From: Cycas panzhihuaensis
Taxonomy: Eukaryota; Plantae; Cycadophyta
Assembly (NCBI GenBank): GCA_023213395.1
Contig: CM041465.1
Coordinates: forward strand, 232,445,741-232,509,740
Length of the DNA: 64,000 nucleotides
Reading direction: 5' to 3'
Each line of letters starts with the position of its first letter. The stretch's first letter is position 1. Below, piece by piece: positions 59,360 through 64,000 of the stretch. The notes beneath the pieces were generated by a model. It did no database searches. It saw only the letters and a list, made by a program, of their open reading frames with translations, and was not told where the DNA came from. The translations under genes were made by a program, and so were the position numbers.

Positions 59360-59901
59360 TGTCACAGGTCGCGGCCTTTGGCATGTAACCTTGCGTAGGG
59401 CCCTACGTGATGGGAAATGGACATTTGCCTAGAAAACGACTACGCTATTCCCTTTACCTTCGGCACCTACGGGAGCGTGAGAATTCCCATCATTTTTTTT
59501 TAATTTTCGTGAAAATTTTAAATGGAAGAAAAATTCTCTCCCGCCATCGGGGTTCGTGTTTTTACAAGGGACAGAGGTCATTTACGGGAATGGGTGTAAT
59601 AATTCGAAAAGAAAATTGCAGCACCACCCTCCTTCAGTCTCTCAAGGGAAGGAAAGCGGAATAGTTTTGGTTGGATTTCTGCCATATATTTTTTCCGACG
59701 TTCTGCCCTTCTCTATTTTTTGGGGAGAGGACGGCGAAGACAACGATTGAATTATGCATCCATTCGCACTCCCATAGCCCGTCAGCAGTTTCTCAGTATC
59801 ATTTTCATAATCATTATCAACTGGCACTGCCTTTCATCGAAGGGTCGAAACACACATGATTGCAGTGGAAAACCCCGTTCTAGGGTTGGATTGTTGAAGG
59901 G
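59360..59901 (+). promoter_or_regulatory. CpG-retaining promoter/5' UTR of the host gene
   Basis: Abrupt rise in CpG and GC content relative to surrounding TE DNA; ACGTG core near 59405; telo-box-like CTAGGGTT near 59880. Confidence 0.55.
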
Positions 59902-60053
59902 ATGGATCCTCACGGGAGGTTTCTAGAAACTTCCAAGAGGGATATGAAGAAGCGCGCACTGTTAGACCGATGGAGAGACATTGAAGAGGAGGAAACCGTT
60001 CAAGATGTGTCTGCGGCAGACGACGCAGAATTTCGACGACGCAAGGAAGAGTG
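59902..60053 (+). CDS. SEN1: First coding exon of a probable plant SEN1/senataxin-like helicase (At1g16800-like); intron 1 runs past the window end
   Basis: MDPHGRFLETSKRDMKKRALLDRWRDIEEEETVQDVSAADDAEFRRRKEE(W) ends at a canonical TG|GTGAGT donor. The motif LLDRWR.IEEEE...RRKEEW is recalled from the N-terminus of plant SEN1-like proteins. An alternative ATG lies at 59944. Confidence 0.75.
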
Positions 60054-61198
60054 GTGAGTTTTTTTTTTCCCCGGGAAGATACATGGAATTTGTTTATTTC
60101 ATCCTTGAAAAAAATTGAATCGCATTATCTTGTGAATTGTCAATGTTGGCTTTGCTAGAATTGAACTACTGCAGTAGAACCTCTAGGCCGAGCCCATATG
60201 GTTGTAGATGCTCTGTAAAATTCCGCCTTCTTTAAGCACTTCTAGGGTTTGCAACTTTGCCTCGGCATCCCGTGCAGGGAAATTCTAATGAGTTCTGTTA
60301 GGGATTCTGGCTGTTATAGTATTCCGGGTTAGATTTTTTTTATTTAAATGGGGACCCCCTTGGATATAAGGAAATTATGAAGGCCTGAGAAATATATTAA
60401 AGTATAAACTGGCACAAAAGACAATGCCAAGAATGCAAGGTTGATAATGCTAAGGCCATGCTAATAGGCGTTGATTAATTGTTTATTCATGAATGGATAG
60501 CTGAGTTGTTATACTTTCCTGATAAAAACAAGTTGCCCTTCTAGAAGGGCTTTCCCTGTGCAGCGGTCAATGCAGCTGATTTTCCTTCGAAATAGGGAAT
60601 TGTTGTTGGCAATGGTTGTTCTCTAATAGCAATGCGACAATGGTGGCCCACAGATGATGTGTTGTGGGTCATTTTCTGTCAGAGTTGGCTGCCAGTTAAT
60701 TGAATGAGCATCCACGATAACACAGAAAACAAGGAGGGGAGATATCCTTTTTCTGTGTAGACCTAATATGTTGGTGTGTTTTAGGGTTACAGAAAATTTT
60801 GGCTAAAATTGAAAACGAAAAAAAAACGAAGGGCAAAAAGAATTGTTGAACTTCTAATGCTTTAAAGGTCAAACTGGTATTGATAGACTAAATGAATCAA
60901 ACTTGTGGCCTTTTAAATATGATGTCGCAGAAAAGTCAATTCAAGTTTATCTTTTAGCTCTCTTGATTTTTAAGAGTTTTTAAATTGCTTTATTTGTTAG
61001 GAATATGTACAGACTGTTCTTTTTTGTTTTATTCTTTTGCTATGAGCCCATACCACAAATTTGGTGTTAGCATTCCAATGATTTCAATGAGTATGGAAAT
61101 TTGGAGCATGTTATAAGAGATTTTAATTATTTTCAGATTTTTTTTTTTTTATTGTTTGGAATGTTTAGTAGGCATGGATTGTTGAATTTTCTATGCTA

Positions 61199-63115
61199 TG
61201 ATCTCATTCCCTAGTATGTTGCAAGAGAGGGAGAAGGAAGTTACAAAATGATTGAAAGAGGCCTAGGGAGAATAACAAAGCACAAACAAAAAATTGCTCA
61301 AGGAATTATGGAGAGGAATAGAGAATTAACTACTCATGAAATGCCACTAGATATGCCATTCTAGGTAGCATTCTGCCCATACTAATGCCATTTTGGGATG
61401 GCGCTCTTGGTTGAGTTCTTTGCACATGCTATTTTGATAGTGTTTTGGTAGCATTCCTCTCTTGATGTTGTCTTAAAGCTTTTTGGGTAATGTTTTGATT
61501 AGAGGGTTGCATTTTTGTGCCTATTCTCTAATTGTTCCCTTGTGGGTGGCATTCTTGTGAATCTTCTTCAATTGATTGCACAACATTCCAATGCACAATT
61601 TTTGATTTATAGAGAAGAATGGAGGTGTCGGAGTTGTTAGAACATAATGTTTAATGAGGGATTATGTGTTTGGTTAAGTGTCCCCCTTATCTCTCATAGG
61701 TATTATTTTATTGTAATATTGAGATGTGTGCATGTGAAGCACACCTATTCATGTAAATGTCCCCATTGGTGGACTTAAGGGTTCTTCCATCTCATTGGTT
61801 AAGTATGAGGTCAATTGTACTATAAGTATGTATTCATGCCTAATGCAATAATTTGGAAGGTGATCATTTTTCCATATCTCTGTTGTTGTGTTTCGTATTG
61901 TACATATTTTATCTTTGTTTATTTCATTTATTGTTTTATCATTTTATTTCCCTCATACTTCATTAATATTTTCATCGTGGTTTTAAAGGCAATCTTTGAA
62001 ATCCTATGTTTTAACAAGAGTTTCTTAGGAGTTTGCTTCCTTCTTTTGAAGGTTGATGGACCTGTGTAGAAGCAAGGAGGAGTTTGATGGTAACTTGGAC
62101 TTGTTACAATATAGATGAGCTCGTAAAAATGAAAAGAATTGCTCTTCTATTTAACTTGATAAGGATGTGATGTGTAATGGAAGAGTCATTTCTCTTTTTA
62201 AGATGTCATGTGCATCATGAGATGAAGGCATTGTTATAAGAAATTAAAAAAGTATTTGTTCAATTATAAAAGCAAAAGGCTAATTACAATTTATCGACCC
62301 TCATTAACTTAATTATCCGTAAACAAAAGCTATTTTTAAACCTTAAGAGAACTCAAAAGGCCAAATAGAAATAAAGTGCATATGTCACAATTAATATTAC
62401 ATGGATGAGCAGTAACCATGCTTATCAATTCCTCCCTACTTAGGAGGAAATTGTCCCCAATTTTGCCACTTGTTATAGATGTGGAAGCCATGTTCGAATG
62501 TGATTGGCAAAATCCATTTAGCTTGCATAGGCGAGCAACCTTTCTTCCCCACAAAATATGTAGTTGTCTACTAGTGCCATGTGGTCTATGTCTTCGTGTC
62601 CAAAAGATTGTCCATTGGAAGTAGAGGTTGCATCACCTCAATCTCTTCCCCCAATAGTGGCTATCTACATTGTATGAGATTGTTGATGTTGAAGATGTCA
62701 TTCATCCCAATATGAGTGAAAAGATGCAGGTGGACAACATTGGTTCCTATTGTCTTAGTGATATGGTATGGTCCAAACTAAATGTGTTTGAGCTTATGGT
62801 GGGCCTAGTTCTTAAATTGCTACTTATTCAAGTGGAACCAAACTTTATTGGCAACTTGGAAGTCATATGGGACTTTGTGTTGATCATGTTGGGTCTTATC
62901 CCTAGCTTGGGACTTGATGATGATCTCCCATACCCTGGCATGCACTCGTTGGAGGTGCTCCATAAAAACTACACCCTTTTGCTACTTGACCTACTCATAA
63001 TATGTTGGTTTCTAGAAGTGCTATTGGAAGTTCATAGGGGACTACAGGTTAGAACTTGTAGCATACCTTGAGTAGAGAATGCTTGTTAGGAACATGTACT
63101 ATACAATTGTACTGG
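61199..63115 (-). mobile_element. 3' part of a CRM-like gypsy element inside the intron (integrase C-terminus, PPT, 3' LTR about 61199-62427)
   Basis: The minus strand reads FMEHLQRVH..KVWFHLNK..KLKHI*FGPYHI..IFNINNL. PPT agggaggaat at 62428-62437 is followed by TGATAAG. The left boundary (tgatc at 61199) is tentative. Confidence 0.7.
61635..62016 (+). mobile_element. Solo LTR (382 bp) homologous to the 3' third of the element B LTR
   Basis: TGTTAGAAC..GTTTTAACA; TSD GGAGT/AGAGT; aligns with 39019-39407. Confidence 0.85.
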
Positions 63116-64000
63116 TGTTGGATAAACATAATATATCTGTCCTAATGAGTCATAGCTGTTAAACCTTATGTTTAAATGTTAAGTTAATGTACTTTTATTT
63201 TTCATGTAATATATGCACCTTTTACTTTAGGGGTGACTTATCACTTAAGTGATAAAGTGCACACCCACATTCTTTCTAGTGACACAACGTTGTCACTAAA
63301 GGGTCAAATGGACCCTCATGCACTCTTTTGAGGATCCATGTGAGGTATCTTGGATGTTTGACACTTGTCGAACATCCAAGGCCTTAGGTCTCTCATTTTG
63401 ATGATCCAAGTCATGTATCTTGGATGTTTGACACTTGTCAAACATCCAAGGCCTTAGGTCTCTCATGTCACTCTATATAATGAGACCTCTCCTCATTGTC
63501 CAAAAAGAAGAGTTGGAGTTGTATTGTTATGCTATCGCTTGCTAATCAAACTGCTTTTTCTTGGGAGGTTGGACCAATTCCAACTCCACATATTGGGTAT
63601 CATTTTCTCTTGCTCCTATTTCTCTTTGTGTTCTTTATGCTTTCATGTTTTCAAGCATTTGTAGTATTGTGCTTGTACTTATGATCTTGGGACTAATGTG
63701 GCCTAATGCCCATTTTTCACATTTGGTATCAGAGCTCTAAGGTCTCTGAACTTAGCTTGTTTAAGCAATCGTTAGTTCTTTATCTCGCTATTTGTTTTGA
63801 AGATCGCCATCTCGCAGAAGATCGCCATCTCAAGAAGATCGCCATCTCGGCTCCTCAAGATCGCCATCTCAAGAAGATCGCCATCTCAAGACTCAAAGTG
63901 CCACATCATCACAAAGGTAATCACAAGATCGGCCCAACTAAGCACCGCCCAATCAATCGGACAATCCTCACCTCGCCACCTCCCTCGGCCACCGCCATCT
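63116..64000 (+). mobile_element. 5' end of an LTR retrotransposon (LTR 63116-63721, PBS 63724-63735), nested in the CRM integrase
   Basis: TGTTGG..TTTCACA termini; TATA-like ctatataa near 63473; perfect Met-tRNAi PBS; AAGATCGCCATCTC repeats in the 5' UTR at about 63800-63890. Confidence 0.85.

Noticed and set aside
59407-59926. Overlapping 60-85 aa ORFs in the GC-rich island
   Set aside because: Expected by chance in promoter/UTR sequence; the supported coding exon starts at 59902
62670-63071. 133 aa plus-strand ORF
   Set aside because: Antisense shadow of the minus-strand gypsy integrase

Overview
This is eukaryotic plant nuclear DNA. It is AT-rich and strongly CpG-depleted, and the element types plus a long TE-filled intron suggest a large-genome gymnosperm (inference). 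Nearly the whole window is nested retrotransposons. (1) Three CRM-like Ty3/gypsy chromoviruses on the minus strand: one cut by the window start, one complete with TSD at 8656-15720, and one 3' part at about 61.2-63.1 kb. (2) A 5'-truncated L1 LINE with RNase H, poly(A) and a 15-17 bp TSD. (3) A 5.3 kb alternating purine-pyrimidine (TA/CA/TG) array. (4) A decayed Ty1/copia RT-RH with its 3' LTR, and a tRNA-like relic. (5) A nest at 37.2-58.0 kb made of three apparently non-coding LTR elements (called A, B and C here; B is a three-LTR tandem) and a young Reina-like chromovirus. The only host gene seen is the first coding exon of a probable SEN1/senataxin-like helicase (59902-60053), which the ORF track misses. 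The most interesting observations concern the non-autonomous LTR elements. Element C carries an antisense captured fragment of a CRLK1-type receptor-like kinase. Their LTRs appear to have grown by absorbing old PBS and PPT junctions. In several families the PPT and LTR start sit in the loop of a 12-17 bp inverted repeat. All alignments and translations were done by eye.
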